DNA of 64,000 nucleotides from Octopus sinensis (GCF_006345805.1 NC_043019.1:23249360-23313359), one strand, 5' to 3'; positions 42,616 to 55,349 are shown, counted from the stretch's first letter. Notes: generated by a model from the sequence alone, not told the origin. Numbers and translations: made by a program.

Positions 42616-43061
42616 GAGAGAGGTGGTGGTAGTGGTGGTAGTCATGGTGGTCATTTTATTCCCAGGAAGCTATTACTTGGTTGCATAATAGAAGTCTTAC
42701 AAGTGTCATTAGCCTCATGTGACATCTGTAATATAGGATGGTGTATAGACGTGTAGAGGTTAACGCGATAGTTTTGTGGTGTGAGGAGGTGGTCAATGTT
42801 CTAGTGTGGCACAGAATGATGTGTTGCGGTGTAAGTGTAATGTCTTATAGTATAGAGTACTGTGCTGTACTCTGGAGTGGTACATTGTTTGGCGCTCTAC
42901 TGCCTATGACGACGTAAGTCCCAGTTGATCCAATCAATGGAACAGCCTGCTTGTGCAAGTGGCTGAGTGCTCCACAGACATATGTACCCTTAATGAAGTT
43001 CTCAGGTAGATTCAGTATGAGATAGGATGTGATAAAGCTGACCTTTAAAATACAGGTATAC

Positions 43062-43100
<39 letters not shown>

Positions 43101-44510
43101 TACACCCACACACACATACATACATACACATATATGTGTGTATGTGAGTGTGTGTGTGTGTGTGCGTGTGTGTGTGTAACATATAAATACATACATAGAC
43201 GCATACACACTCACTCATTTCCACACATATACACACAACCATACAAACATTATTTATGACTATATATAGATATTCTTATCACATACACATGCATACATAC
43301 ATACATGCAAACATATACATACATATATGTGTGTGTATGTGTGTGTTTGTGTTTATATATATACATATACATATGCACACCACACCTACACATCTGTAAT
43401 GTGACATAGGAAAGTGACTACTGGTAGTAGCAGTAGTATCAGCAGCAGCAGCTGCAGCAGTAGTGATGTGAGTGGTGGTAATAGTGGTATCAGTAGTGGT
43501 GGTAGTAGTGATGCTAGTAGTGGTGATAGTCGTAGTGGTGGTGGCTATGGTGGGTCATTTTATTCCCAGGAAGCGATTACGTGGTTGCATAATTTAAAGA
43601 ATACACCTGACATCAGTCCTACGTGATCTGCAATATAGGCTGATGTATAGAAGTACAGAGCTTAATGTAGTCGTAGTGTGATGTGGTGTGGTACTAGTGT
43701 AATATAGTATAGTATGGTGTATTGTACTGTAATCTGGTGCGGTACGATGATTGGCATTCCACCAGCTATGACGACGAGGGTTCCAATTGAACCAATCACT
43801 GGAACAGCCTGCTTGTGAAATTAATGTGCAAGTGGCTGAGAGTTCCATGGACATGTGTAACCTTGATATAGTTCTCAGGAACATTCAGTGGGACACAGAA
43901 TGAGCCCATGATACTTTATAGCTGTGGTTTCTAAAGTGGGTGACACTGATCCCCCTGGGGGTGGTTGAAAAATCCAGGTTGAGCACTCAAGAAAAGTGGG
44001 GAGGGGGCAATAATGGGGTGGCCAAAAGGGAGCAATGGATGTAAGAACAACAAAATAGTGGGTTGTTCTTTATTCTTTTATTCCTTTACTTGTTTCAGTC
44101 ATTTGACTGTGGCCATACTGGAGCACTGCATCGAAGGATTTTAGTTGAAGAAATCGACCCCAGAACTTATTTTTTAAGCTTCATGTGACATCTGTAATAT
44201 AGAGGTGTAGACGTTAATGCGATAGTTTTAGGGTGTGATGAGGTGGTTAATGTTCTAATGTAGTGCAGGGTGATGTGGTGTGGTACTAGAGTAATACCAT
44301 ATAGTATGGGGTACTGTGTTATACTCTGGTACAGTAGCGTGTTTGGCGCTCTACTGGTTATGACAACGAGAGTTCCAGTTGATCCAATCAATGGAACAAC
44401 CTGCTTCTGATATTAACATGCAAGTGGCTGAGTATTCCACTGACATGTGTAATCTTGACATAGTTCTCAGGGAGATTCAGTGTGACACAGAATGTACCCA
44501 TGATCCTTTA
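42480..44510. repeat. Old, diverged triplication (~42480-43060, 43380-43920, 44180-44510) inside intron 1 of the peptide gene
   Basis: Recurring cattttattcccaggaagc and gtgacatctgtaatatag segments followed by the same SINE remnant. Confidence 0.65.
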
Positions 44511-45481
44511 TGGCAGGTACCAAGGCATTTTTGCCAACTGAGTTAACTGGAACAATGAGAAATAAAATATCTTGCTCAAGAATGTGACACACCCCCAGCA
44601 ATTGAACTCATGCCCTTACAATTGTCAACCAAATACTGTAACTACTTAGCCATGCACCTTCATATAAGATTTATTTCTTTATTGCCCACAGGGGGCAACC
44701 CATAGAGGGGACAAACAAGGACAGATATGGGGATTAAGTCGATTACATCAACACCAGTGATTAACTGGTACTTCTTCAATCGACCCCGAAAGGATGAAAG
44801 GCAAAGTCGACCTCGGCAGAATTTGAACTCAGAACGTAACAGCAGATGAAATACCACTAGGCATTTTGCCCTGTGTGCAAACATTTCTGCCAGCTTGCTG
44901 CCTTACCTTCATATAAAATCGGCACTCCACCAGTTACAATGACAAGTGTCCCAGTTGATCCGATCAACAGAACAGCCTGCTTGTGAAATTAACATGCAAG
45001 TGACTGAGTGCTCCACAGACATGTGGACCTTTAATGTAGTTCTCAGGGAGATTTTCAGTGCGACACAGAGTGTGACATGGCTGGCTCCTTTGAATTACAG
45101 GTATCATTCATTTTTGCCAGTCGAGTGGACTGGGACAACATGAAATAAAGTGTCTTGCTCAAGGATACAATCTACTGCTAGGAATAATCAAATTCATAAC
45201 CTTAGGATCATGAGCTGAATACCCTAACCATTAAGCCATTTGTGCCCTTGTAAATAAATGAATAAATCCAAAACAAAACCTTAATTTCAATAGTGATGTT
45301 GTTGTTGTTGTTATCAAACTTCCACGTCATCAGAAATGTGTCTTTGTTAAAGCGATTCCTTCACATAATTAATATTCTACATATCAGAGATGTTTATCAT
45401 AATTTATACATTACCGGAACTTCTGTTTGTCATATTATATTATGCATGACATTTATTGTTTGAAATGTTGTGAGAAACATA

Positions 45482-45518
<37 letters not shown>

Positions 45519-45869
45519 GGCAGGCAGAAAGGCAGGCAGGCAGGCAGGTCGGTAGGTGTGCAGTTGTTCTAAGAATATTTTTCAGTAATTTTTGCCTGAG
45601 ATGGCCTCAATCACTTGTAGCTGGTAGAAAATCCAAGATGTGTCATGTAGTTGCCAATGTACGAGGATGTGTATGTGTGCACGTGTGCGTAAATATGTGT
45701 GTGTTTAAGTGCATGTAAGTATATGTGTGTGTAAGTGTGTGTAAGTATGTGTGTATATAAGTGTGGGTAAGCATTTGTGAGTATGTGTTTGTATGTGTGT
45801 ATATTTAAGTGTGTGTGCGCCTGCATGTGTGTGTGTGTGTGTGTGTGCGCACGTGCGTCCATATGGTAA

Positions 45870-46325
45870 CAAGGTTGCAAGGAGGGTCAGTGCTATACAC
45901 GAGACCAGGGTTCACTAGAGTGGTCAATACTGATCCTTGAGAATTTACTTCAGTTGCATATGTAGACATGCTCATATATATTTAAATGATAAACTTCTGG
46001 AAAATTTTACAGATTTTTTATAATTCCAGTGATGGATTGGATCTGTAGTCTTCTAATTAGCTTTCTCCTTTCTGGTATTGAGAAGCCTAATTTCTCAAGA
46101 TTGGTATTTGAGCAGTGTGTTACATATCCTAGGGCCCCAATAATAACAGATATAAACCTGAACTTGTAATCTGGATAGAGTAACTGCAGATTTCTCAATA
46201 GTTCAGTGTAGGTATTCTCTTCTTCGCTGATCTTCAGTTTTATGTTAACATCCGCTGGGCAACTAATTTCCACAACTATACACAGTTTCTCTTCTCTATC
46301 CCAAATTATTATATCGGGTGTCACA
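45870..46325 (-). mobile_element. 3' fragment of an R4/Dong-like element with restriction-like endonuclease
   Basis: PDIIIWDREEKLCIVVEISCP...Y..L...IIGALG is the PD-(D/E) RLE signature. Confidence 0.85.
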
Positions 46326-46472
46326 TTTTACTACTTTTCCTGCACCTCTATCCCTTTGGTGCATCAGGTACTTGGTTTATTTATATATATATATATATAT
46401 ACACACACGCACACACATACAGATACATATATAAATACACATACATACACACATACATGCATATATACATAC

Positions 46473-46531
<59 letters not shown>

Positions 46532-46609
46532 ATATATACACACACGCACACACATACAGATACATATATAAATACACATACATACACACATACATGCATA
46601 TATACATAC

Positions 46610-46642
<33 letters not shown>

Positions 46643-46684
46643 ATATATATATATATATTATATATATATATTATTTACATTATT

Positions 46685-46815
46685 TACAATTGATGGATAT
46701 TTGTCCTCATCTTGTTTGTTGTTAACACAACATTTCGGCTGACATACCCTCCAGCCTTCATCAGGTGTCTTGGGGAAATTTCTCATTCCAAAGGTATTTT
46801 TTGATGTTGTTACTA

Positions 46816-46867
<52 letters not shown>

Positions 46868-46894
46868 ATAATAATAATGATAATAATAATAATG

Positions 46895-46960
<66 letters not shown>

Positions 46961-47059
46961 GCATCGAAAAATACCTTAGGAATGAGAACCCAAGTTCAAA
47001 ATTTCCCCAAGACACCTAATGAAGGCTGGAGGGTATATCAACCGAAACATTGTGTTAAC
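46685..47059. mobile_element. Penelope-like foldback around (TAT)n/(AAT)n with opposed hammerhead motifs (46724-46769 minus, 47011-47056 plus)
   Basis: Consensus of the two arms: GACAC-CUGAUGA-A-GGCUG...CAGCC-GAAA-CG-UU/GUGUU. Each arm has lost the stem III CpG in a different direction. Confidence 0.75.
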
Positions 47060-47439
47060 TTTGAATGTATAAGAGTATAAAACAAGTGTAAAATAGTGTA
47101 AACAACTAAAATAAAAGTATGTCTAAATAACATGCTTTTCTTAATACATTTTATGTAGTGATCAAAGGAAGCTCTTGCTTTCATTAGGAGTGGTCCACAA
47201 CCAGTCATGATACAGAGGTTGGGATCCTATTTCAGCTCAGGAGTGAACATTTCATCACATGTCACTTAGTCGTAAAACACACGTCATATAAGTGCAATAA
47301 AATGCTGTATCACCAACAATAATGTGATTCGTCTAAGACATCATCCAGTAATCTATCAAGTCCATTTACACATTTCTCAATACATAATGCTGTTATGACT
47401 TTCCTTCCTCATTTTATGCCTCCATCACAGATGGGTTCA

Positions 47440-47730
47440 TTTGCCAGTCAGGACAAATTTCGGTGAGGATGACATTCCAAAGGCTGGAGCAGTTTGAATG
47501 GGAAACGATGCCCCACCCACCATATTCGCCAGACATTGCACCATCTGATTTATCATTTATTCCGCAGTCTTCAAAATCATTTGGATGGGGAAAAAATGAA
47601 TTCTGTAAACGAGGTCAGAGAAGTACCGGTGGAGTATTTTTCGTCACAGACAAGGGAATTTTGGAAGAGGGTCCTTGCAAGTCTACCAGATAGATGGAAG
47701 AGCATTGTAGAAAATGAAGGAGAGTATTTC
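47440..47730 (+). mobile_element. Mariner (DD34D) transposase C-terminal remnant
   Basis: WETMPHPPYSPDIAPSD, then after a frameshift YHLFRSLQNHL...LPDRWKSIVENEGEYF. Confidence 0.88.
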
Positions 47731-47963
47731 TTTTATTCTTTTACTTGTTTCAGTCATTTGACTGCGGCCATGCTGGAGCACCACCTTTAGTGGCACAAAT
47801 CGACCCCAGGACTTATTCTTTGTAAGTCTGCTACTTATGCCATCAGCCTCCTTTACTGACCTACCAAGTTATGAGGACACAACACACCAACACTAGCTGT
47901 CAAGCAATGGTGGAGGGACAAACACAGACACACACACAAATATATACATACATACATGCACAC

Positions 47964-48024
<61 letters not shown>

Positions 48025-48028
<4 letters not shown>

Positions 48029-48200
48029 TGTTATATTTCGGAATGGTCATTTTGCCAGTTTAGCCAATAAAAACACATGCACTATATAGTGCGTGTGTTT
48101 TTATTGGCTAAACTGGCAAAATGACCATTCCGAAATATAACAATATCTGTTTCAACACACGACTTCACATAAAAAAATCTTGCACAACAAATATTTAAAC
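48025..48200. mobile_element. Shorter foldback of the same family as 30509-30967 (61-bp arms, 1 mismatch, plus ~54-bp extension)
   Basis: Palindrome centred at 48085/48086. Same short-arm end (atattgtt) and same extension as the 30.5-kb copy. In (TA)n. Confidence 0.8.
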
Positions 48201-48203
48201 ATA

Positions 48204-48239
<36 letters not shown>

Positions 48240-48338
48240 CAAAATTTTTTTATATATATATTTTAGATTAAGAAAGAACTTTATCTTAATTTGGAAAAAC
48301 AAAAATATTAAGAAAACATTATTTATGGGATGACTCAA

Positions 48339-48374
<36 letters not shown>

Positions 48375-48503
48375 TGTATGTATGTATGTCATTATTCAGT
48401 TTTATTTCAAGATTTCTTGCCAACAGAGAAAGAACCAGTTTCTAACCTAGATCCAAAGTTCTTTCAATGGAATTTCAACATCAACAACAGGATTTTTTGA
48501 TTG

Positions 48504-48537
<34 letters not shown>

Positions 48538-48643
48538 TGTATGTATGTATGTATGTATGCATGCATGTATGTATGCATGTATGTATGTATGTATGTATGT
48601 ATGTATGTATGTATGTATAATAATAATAATAATAATAATATTG

Positions 48644-48905
48644 TGTACAGTGCTCAGGTGCACTACAACTCATCTAAAGTGTATATATAATCAGGTGTAG
48701 TTTCGGCGGATTTCGGAAAGCATAAGGGCCTTAAAGGATGCAGTGTCATGGCAGTCAACAACTGACGCAGGCAGTTTATTCCATGCTTCAGCAACTCTGA
48801 GCGTGAAAAAATGTTTCCGAAAGTCATGGGAGCTGTGTTGTTTTCTGACTTTGTAGGCATGTCCACGTGTGTTAGACACATGGAGATCAAAAAGGTGTTC
48901 AGTGT
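48644..48905 (-). mobile_element. CR1-like LINE 3' end (duplicated at ~50478-50740), in intron 1 just downstream of exon 1
   Basis: TRGHAYKVRK...RKHFFTLRVAEAWNKLP motif with a simple-repeat tail. Confidence 0.85.
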
Positions 48906-48955
48906 GTATGTATGTATGTATGCATGCATGTATGTAGAAAGTAAGAATCACTTAC

Positions 48956-49010
48956 CAGAAGCCAAACTAAGGCAAACCAAGAGCAAAACCAATTTCACCA
49001 TTCCATGCAT
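48956..49010 (-). CDS. Exon 1 (signal peptide MHGMVKLVLLLVCLSLAS-A) of a small secreted cysteine-rich peptide gene, proximal copy
   Basis: ATG at 49010-49008 with an in-frame upstream TGA. Hydrophobic core LVLLLVCLSL. Ends G|GTAAGT (phase 1), which joins exon 2 in frame (G+CT=Ala). Confidence 0.8.
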
Positions 49011-49133
49011 GATTATTATTATTAGTAGTAGTAGTAGTATTAAATGTAAAATATATCACAAGAGCTAATCTACTTCTTTACTTCTTCGACTCTCAAAATC
49101 TCAACCGAACTGAACTTAAAATCAAGGCGAATT

Positions 49134-49170
49134 GAATGAAAGGAAATCTCGGGTGTGCTAAGCTTTTAAA
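49134..49170 (-). promoter_or_regulatory. Putative core promoter, proximal copy: TATA-like TTTAAAA (49170-49164) plus Inr-like TCATTC (49139-49134)
   Basis: The TATA-like motif starts 33 nt upstream of the Inr adenine, and the Inr is ~127 nt upstream of the ATG. Confidence 0.5.
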
Positions 49171-49904
49171 GGGCCTTCCTGGATAATCATCCTGTCATGT
49201 GCACTTGGAATTTCAGACATACATAGAAATGGTGAATGACTGAAGAGACTAACAGAACAAAAGTTTTTATTTAATCACAGCTTTTCAAAGAACCTTTAAT
49301 GAACAGTTTGATTTCACTATGATCTGTTTTTTTTTCTGTTTTTTTTTTGGTGGGGGATGTTTTTGTTTTTGTTTTTTTTTGGAAGTGAGCCATGCCATAG
49401 AGAAAATTCTTCTCCTTTGTTTAATAGAACTTCTGTTTTGGTGTGTTTAGTTCATTTTCGCTTATTGGATTATTAACTGCTCTACCTGTTTTTTCTGCCT
49501 CTGTGTGTGTAACCGTATGGTTAAGAAGGTCACTTTGCAACCATGTGGTTTTGGGTTCAATCCCACAGCATGGTGCTTCCAGCAAATATCTTCTACAATA
49601 GCTCTGGGATGGTCAAAACTTTGTGAATGGATTTGACAGACAACTGTGAAGAAGCCAAGAGTATGTATCATTATCATCATCATCATCGTTTAACATCCGT
49701 TCTCCATGCTAGCATGGGTTGGACGGTTCGACCGGGGATCTGGGAAGCCAGAAGGCTGCACCAGGCTCCAGTCTTATCTGGCAATGTTTCTACAGCTGGA
49801 TGCCCTTCCTAACGCCAACCACTACGTGAGTGTAGTGGGTGCTTTTTACGTGCCACCTGCACAGGTGCCAGGCGAGGCTGGCAACGGCCACGCCTGTTTG
49901 TGTT

Positions 49905-49936
<32 letters not shown>

Positions 49937-50040
49937 ATAAGCAAAATTTTTTTATATATATATTTTAGATTAAGAAAGAACTTTATCTTAATTTGGAAAA
50001 ACAAAAATATTAAGAAAACATTATTTATGGGATGACTCAA

Positions 50041-50076
<36 letters not shown>

Positions 50077-50789
50077 GTATGTATGTATGTATGTATGTAT
50101 GTCATTATTCAGTTTTATTTCAAGATTTCTGCCAACAGAGAAAGAACCAGTTTCTAACCTAGATCCAAAGTTCTTTCAATGGAATTTCAACATCAACAAC
50201 AGGATTTTTTGATTGTATATATGTATGTATGTATGTCATTATTCAGTTTTATTTCAAGATTTCTTGCCAACAGAGAAAGAACCAGTTTCTAACCTAGATC
50301 CAAAGTTCTTTCAATGGAATTTCAACATCAACAACAGGATTTTTTGATTGTATATATGTATGTATTATGTATGTATGTATGTATGTATGTATGTATGTAT
50401 GTATTATGCATGCATGTATGTATGCATGTATGTATGTATGTATGTATGTATAATAATAATAATAATAATAATAATTGTGTACAGTGCTCAGGTGCACTAC
50501 AACTCATCTAAAGTGTATATATAATCAGGTGTAGTTTCAGCGGATTTCGGAAAGCATAAGGGCCTTAAAGGATGCAGTGTCATGGCAGTCAACAACTGAC
50601 GCAGGCAGTTTATTCCATGCTTCAGCAACTCTGAGCGTGAAAAAATGTTTCCGAAAGTCATGGGAGCTGTGTTGTTTTCTGACTTTGTAGGCATGTCCAC
50701 GTGTGTTAGACACATGGAGATCAAAAAGGTGTTCAGTGTGTATGTATGTATGTATGTATGCATGTATGTAGAAAGTAAGAATCACTTAC

Positions 50790-50844
50790 CAGAAGCCAAA
50801 CTAAGGCAAACCAAGAGCAAAACCAATTTCACCATTCCATGCAT
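50790..50844 (-). CDS. Duplicate exon 1 (identical signal-peptide coding sequence), distal copy
   Basis: Same 55-nt sequence with an intact GTAAGT donor, 1834 bp upstream of the proximal copy. Its own TTTAAAA/TCATTC pair lies at 51002-50966. Confidence 0.65.
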
Positions 50845-53215
50845 GATTATTATTATTATTAGTAGTAGTAGTATTAAATGTAAAATATATCACAAGAGCT
50901 AATCTACTTCTTTACTTCTTCGACTCAAAATTTCAACCGAACTGAACTTAAAATCAAGGCGAATTGAATGAAAGGAAATCTCGGGTGTGCTAAGCTTTTA
51001 AAGGGCCTTCCTGGATAATCATCCTGTCATGTGCACTTGGAATTTCAGACATACATAGAAATGGTGAATGACTGAAGAGACTAACAGAACAAAAGTTTTT
51101 ATTTAATCACAGCTTTTCAAAGAACCTTTAATGAACAGTTTGATTTCACTATGATCTGTTTTTTTTTCTGTTTTTTTTTTGGTGGGGGATGTTTTTGTTT
51201 TTGTTTTTTTTGGAAGTGAGCCATGCCATAGAGAAAATTCTTCTCCTTTGTTTAATAGAACTTCTGTTTTGGTGTGTGTTTAGTTCATTTTCGCTTATTG
51301 GATTATTAACTGCTCTACCTGTTTTTCTGCCTCTGTGTGTGTAACCGTATGGTTAAGAAGGTCACTTTGCAACCATGTGGTTTTGGGTTCAATCCCACAG
51401 CATGGTGCTTCCAGCAAATATCTTCTACAATAGCTCTGGGATGGTCAAAACTTTGTGAATGGATTTGACAGACAAACTGTGAAGAAGCCAAGAGTATGTA
51501 TCATTATCATCATCATCATCGTTTAACATCCGTTCTCCATGCTAGGATGGGTTGGACGGTTCGACCGGGGATCTGGGAAGCCAGAAGGCTGCACCAGGCT
51601 CCAGTCTTATCTGGCAATGTTTCTACAGCTGGATGCCCTTCCTAACGCCAACCACTACGTGAGTGTAGTGGGTGCTTTTTACGTGCCACCTGCACAGGTG
51701 CCAGGCGAGGCTGGCAACGGCCACGCCTGTTTGTGTTTATATATATATATATAATATATATATCATTAGAAGAATCAATAAATGTCATCAAATAAATGGA
51801 ATTGATAAGTGGTGGTGGGCACAAACACAGACACAAAGACACACATACGCGCACACACGATGGGATTATTTCAGTATCTTTCTACCAAATCCACTCATGA
51901 GACTTTGGTTAGTTGGAGGCTATTGTAGAAGACACTTACCCAAGGTGCCACTCTGTGAGACTGAACCTAGGACCATGTGGTTGGGAAGCAAGCTTCTTAC
52001 CACACAGTCATGCATGTTCATAGTTTAACAACCCTACCAACACATTGGGTAACAACTATAAAATATCAGTTTGAAAACTGCTTTTAAGCAAACAATTCAC
52101 AACAGAGTCATGGTGTGTAAGCACCAAATATTTTATTGAGCAAAAACACCTAAAAGCTCCACGAGGCTCCGGCAGGGGGTGGTGGCGATACCTGCTGTAC
52201 TCTTTTGCCACAACTTTCTCTCACTCTTTCTTTTGTTGGCCTGCTCGCTTAGCCAGCAGGGTGGTGTCATTTGAAGGCTAAAACAATGCAAAGTACATTG
52301 TAACCAGCGATGTGTAGCAACATCTGATAGCCTGGTCGGTCACGGTGATCACAGTGATATATATATATAAATATATATTCTATTATGAATTAAAAGCAGT
52401 GCTAGTGTTGTAATCATTATCAACTGCACATACACAATGTATGTATTTTGGTGGTTTTCTGGTTCATTGCAGTCCACCATTCTGGAAACAACTCCTTCTT
52501 AGCACTGGGTATTATGCTTTTATACACACACACACACACATACATATATTCTTTTATTCTTTTATTTGTTTCGGTCGTTTGACTGCGGCCATACAGGAGA
52601 ACCGCCTTTAGTTGAACAAATTGACCCCAGTACTTATTCATTGTAAGCCTAGTACTTATTCTATCGATTTCATTTGCCGAACTGCCAGGTTATGGGGACG
52701 TAAACACACCAACATTGGTTGTCAAATGATGGTGGACGGACAAACACAGACACAAACATATATATATATACCATGCCGGTGGCATGTAAAACGCACCAAC
52801 CGATCGTGGCTGTTGCCAGCCTCCCCTGGCACGTAAAAAGCACCCACTACACTCTTAGAGTGGTTGGCATTAGGAAGGGCATCCAGCTGTAGAAACACTG
52901 CCAGATCAGACTGGAGCCTAGTGCAGCCTTCTGGTTTACCAGACCCAGGTCGAACCATCCAACCCCTGCTAGCATGGAAAACGGACGTTAAACGATGATG
53001 ATGATGATGATGATGATATATATATTTATATATATACACACATATATAATGGGCTTCTTTCAGTTTCCTCTCACAAGGCTTTCGTTAGCCAGAAGCTACA
53101 GTAGATGACACTTACCCATGGTGCCATGCAGTGGGACTGAACCCAGAACCATGTGGTTAGTAAGCAAGCTACTCACCTCACAGCCACTCTTGCACCTATA
53201 AACATTGTTGCTTAT

Positions 53216-53280
53216 CGTCCCTGGGTGGGCTTGAACCACCAACCTTTCAGTTAACAGCCAAACATGCTAACCGATTGCGC
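53216..53280 (-). pseudogene. tRNA-Asn(GTT) pseudogene
   Basis: GCGCAATCGGTTAGCATGTTTGGCTGTTAACTGAAAGGTTGGTGGTTCAAGCCCACCCAGGGACG matches the conserved metazoan tRNA-Asn. It lacks the 5' acceptor strand and carries CpG transitions. Confidence 0.88.
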
Positions 53281-53702
53281 ATTACTTCTAAACATGTCTA
53301 GTCCTCATGTTGTTTCAGAGCCATACGCCTTTCTTTTGTGTGTGTATTTATATACATAGCAACAACTTGTGTTGTGTTTGTTTTGTCAGAATCCTTTACA
53401 TTCGCTCATATATTCCCAGCTTCTTGGTGTTGATGCCAACAAAATGAACATTGTTATTATTATTAAAGGCATGCAATTGTAATGATATTTGGATGATAAC
53501 TGATGAGGGGCAACTCATGTCCATATCTTGTGTGTGAATTTCCTGTTTGTTGCTATGTCATTCTTCCAAGCAGTTTTTTAATCTTATTGTGCATGTGTGT
53601 ATGTATGTATGTGTGTGTAAATGCATACATGCTTGTATATATGCATATGTACTTGTGTGCATGCAAGGGAATATATGTATGTGTGTGTGTGTGTGCCTGT
53701 AT

Positions 53703-53753
<51 letters not shown>

Positions 53754-54019
53754 CATATGAAACTGACCAAAAACAAGAATAACAGCAAATGAACAAAGAT
53801 GTAATAGTAACCAGATGAAATAATTAGGTGATCTACTTTAATTAAGCAAGGCTTTGAGTGCATTAATTAAAGAAGTAAACAGTTCATTAATCACATTCAC
53901 TCTAGTATTGGTAGAAATTAACACACCACTAATGAGTACTCTATTCATTTTGTTTTAATTAGGATACTCTGAATGTCCTTGCAGAAAAAAAAAGAAACAT
54001 GGTCATTCTTTTGGGAATA

Positions 54020-54058
<39 letters not shown>

Positions 54059-54663
54059 TGTTTATTAGTGTTATTATTGTGTGTATATTCATGTATATAG
54101 GAATGGATAAATATATATATATACACAAAACACATCATAGCATACTTGTGTATATGTATGTATGTGTATGTGTGTGTGTTTGCGTGTGTGTGTGTGTGCA
54201 TGTATGTGTATATATATATTTATATATATACACACACTCATATGTATATATATATCGCAGGAGTGGCTGTGTGGTAAGTAGCTTGCTAACCAACCAGGTT
54301 CAGTCCCACTGCGTGGCATCTTGGGCAAGTGTCTTCTGTTATAGCCCCTGGCCGATCAATGCCTTGTGAGTGGATTTGGTAGACGGAAACTGAAAGAAGC
54401 CTGTCGTATATATGTATATATATGTATATGTATGTATGTGTGTGTGTTTGTGTGTCTGTGTTTGTACCCCTAGCATTGCTTGACAACCGATGCTGGTGTG
54501 TTTATGTCCCCGTTTCTTAGCGGTTTGGCAAAAGAGACCGATAGTATAAGTACTGGGCTTACAAAAGAATAAGTCCCGGGGTCGAGTTGCTCGATTTAAG
54601 GCGATGCTCCAGCATGGCCGCAGTCAAATGACTGAAACAAGTAAAAGAGTAAAAGAATAAAGA

Positions 54664-54728
<65 letters not shown>

Positions 54729-55349
54729 CTATATATATATATATTTAACCTTTATTCTCAAATTATATTATAAAATTTCAAAAATTGTTTACAGAGAGTT
54801 GATCATAAATTTAAGAATATATAAATGCACATGTATATATTCATGTGTATTTATGCATCTATATGTATGTGTGTGTATGTATGTAAAACATATGTATATA
54901 TATATATGTATGTGAGTAGATATTTATGTGTACATATATATATATTTACATACATGTACACAAAATTTTTTCATGGGCCTTTAACATACCACTGTGGATC
55001 CCCAATTTATATGGACCCACTTCCCACCAAGGACCATAAGGACCCCGGTTGAAAACCACTGATTTACATACTAAAGCGCATGCTGAATTTCATCATCATC
55101 ATCATCATCATTATCATCATTTAATGTCCACTTTCCATACTGGCATGGGTTAAACAGTTTAACTGAAATTGGTAAGCTGGAGAGCCGCACCAGGTTCCAG
55201 TTTGATTTGGCATGGTAGTCATGGCTGGATGCCCTTCCGAATGCTAACAAGTGTAAAGGGTACCTTTTACATGCCACCAACACCAGTAACACTGGTAATG
55301 GCCACGACTACAATTTCATGAGTGCCATTTACATGACATTAGCAACAGC

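Larger units (their letters stand above)
48237..51739. repeat. Recent tandem duplication (48237-49906 and 49939-51739) containing promoter, exon 1, a CR1 3' end and SINEs
   Basis: Near-identical copies bounded by (TA)n. Copy 2 has an extra internal ~130-bp repeat (50101-50233). Few substitutions and microsatellite-length differences. Confidence 0.92.
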
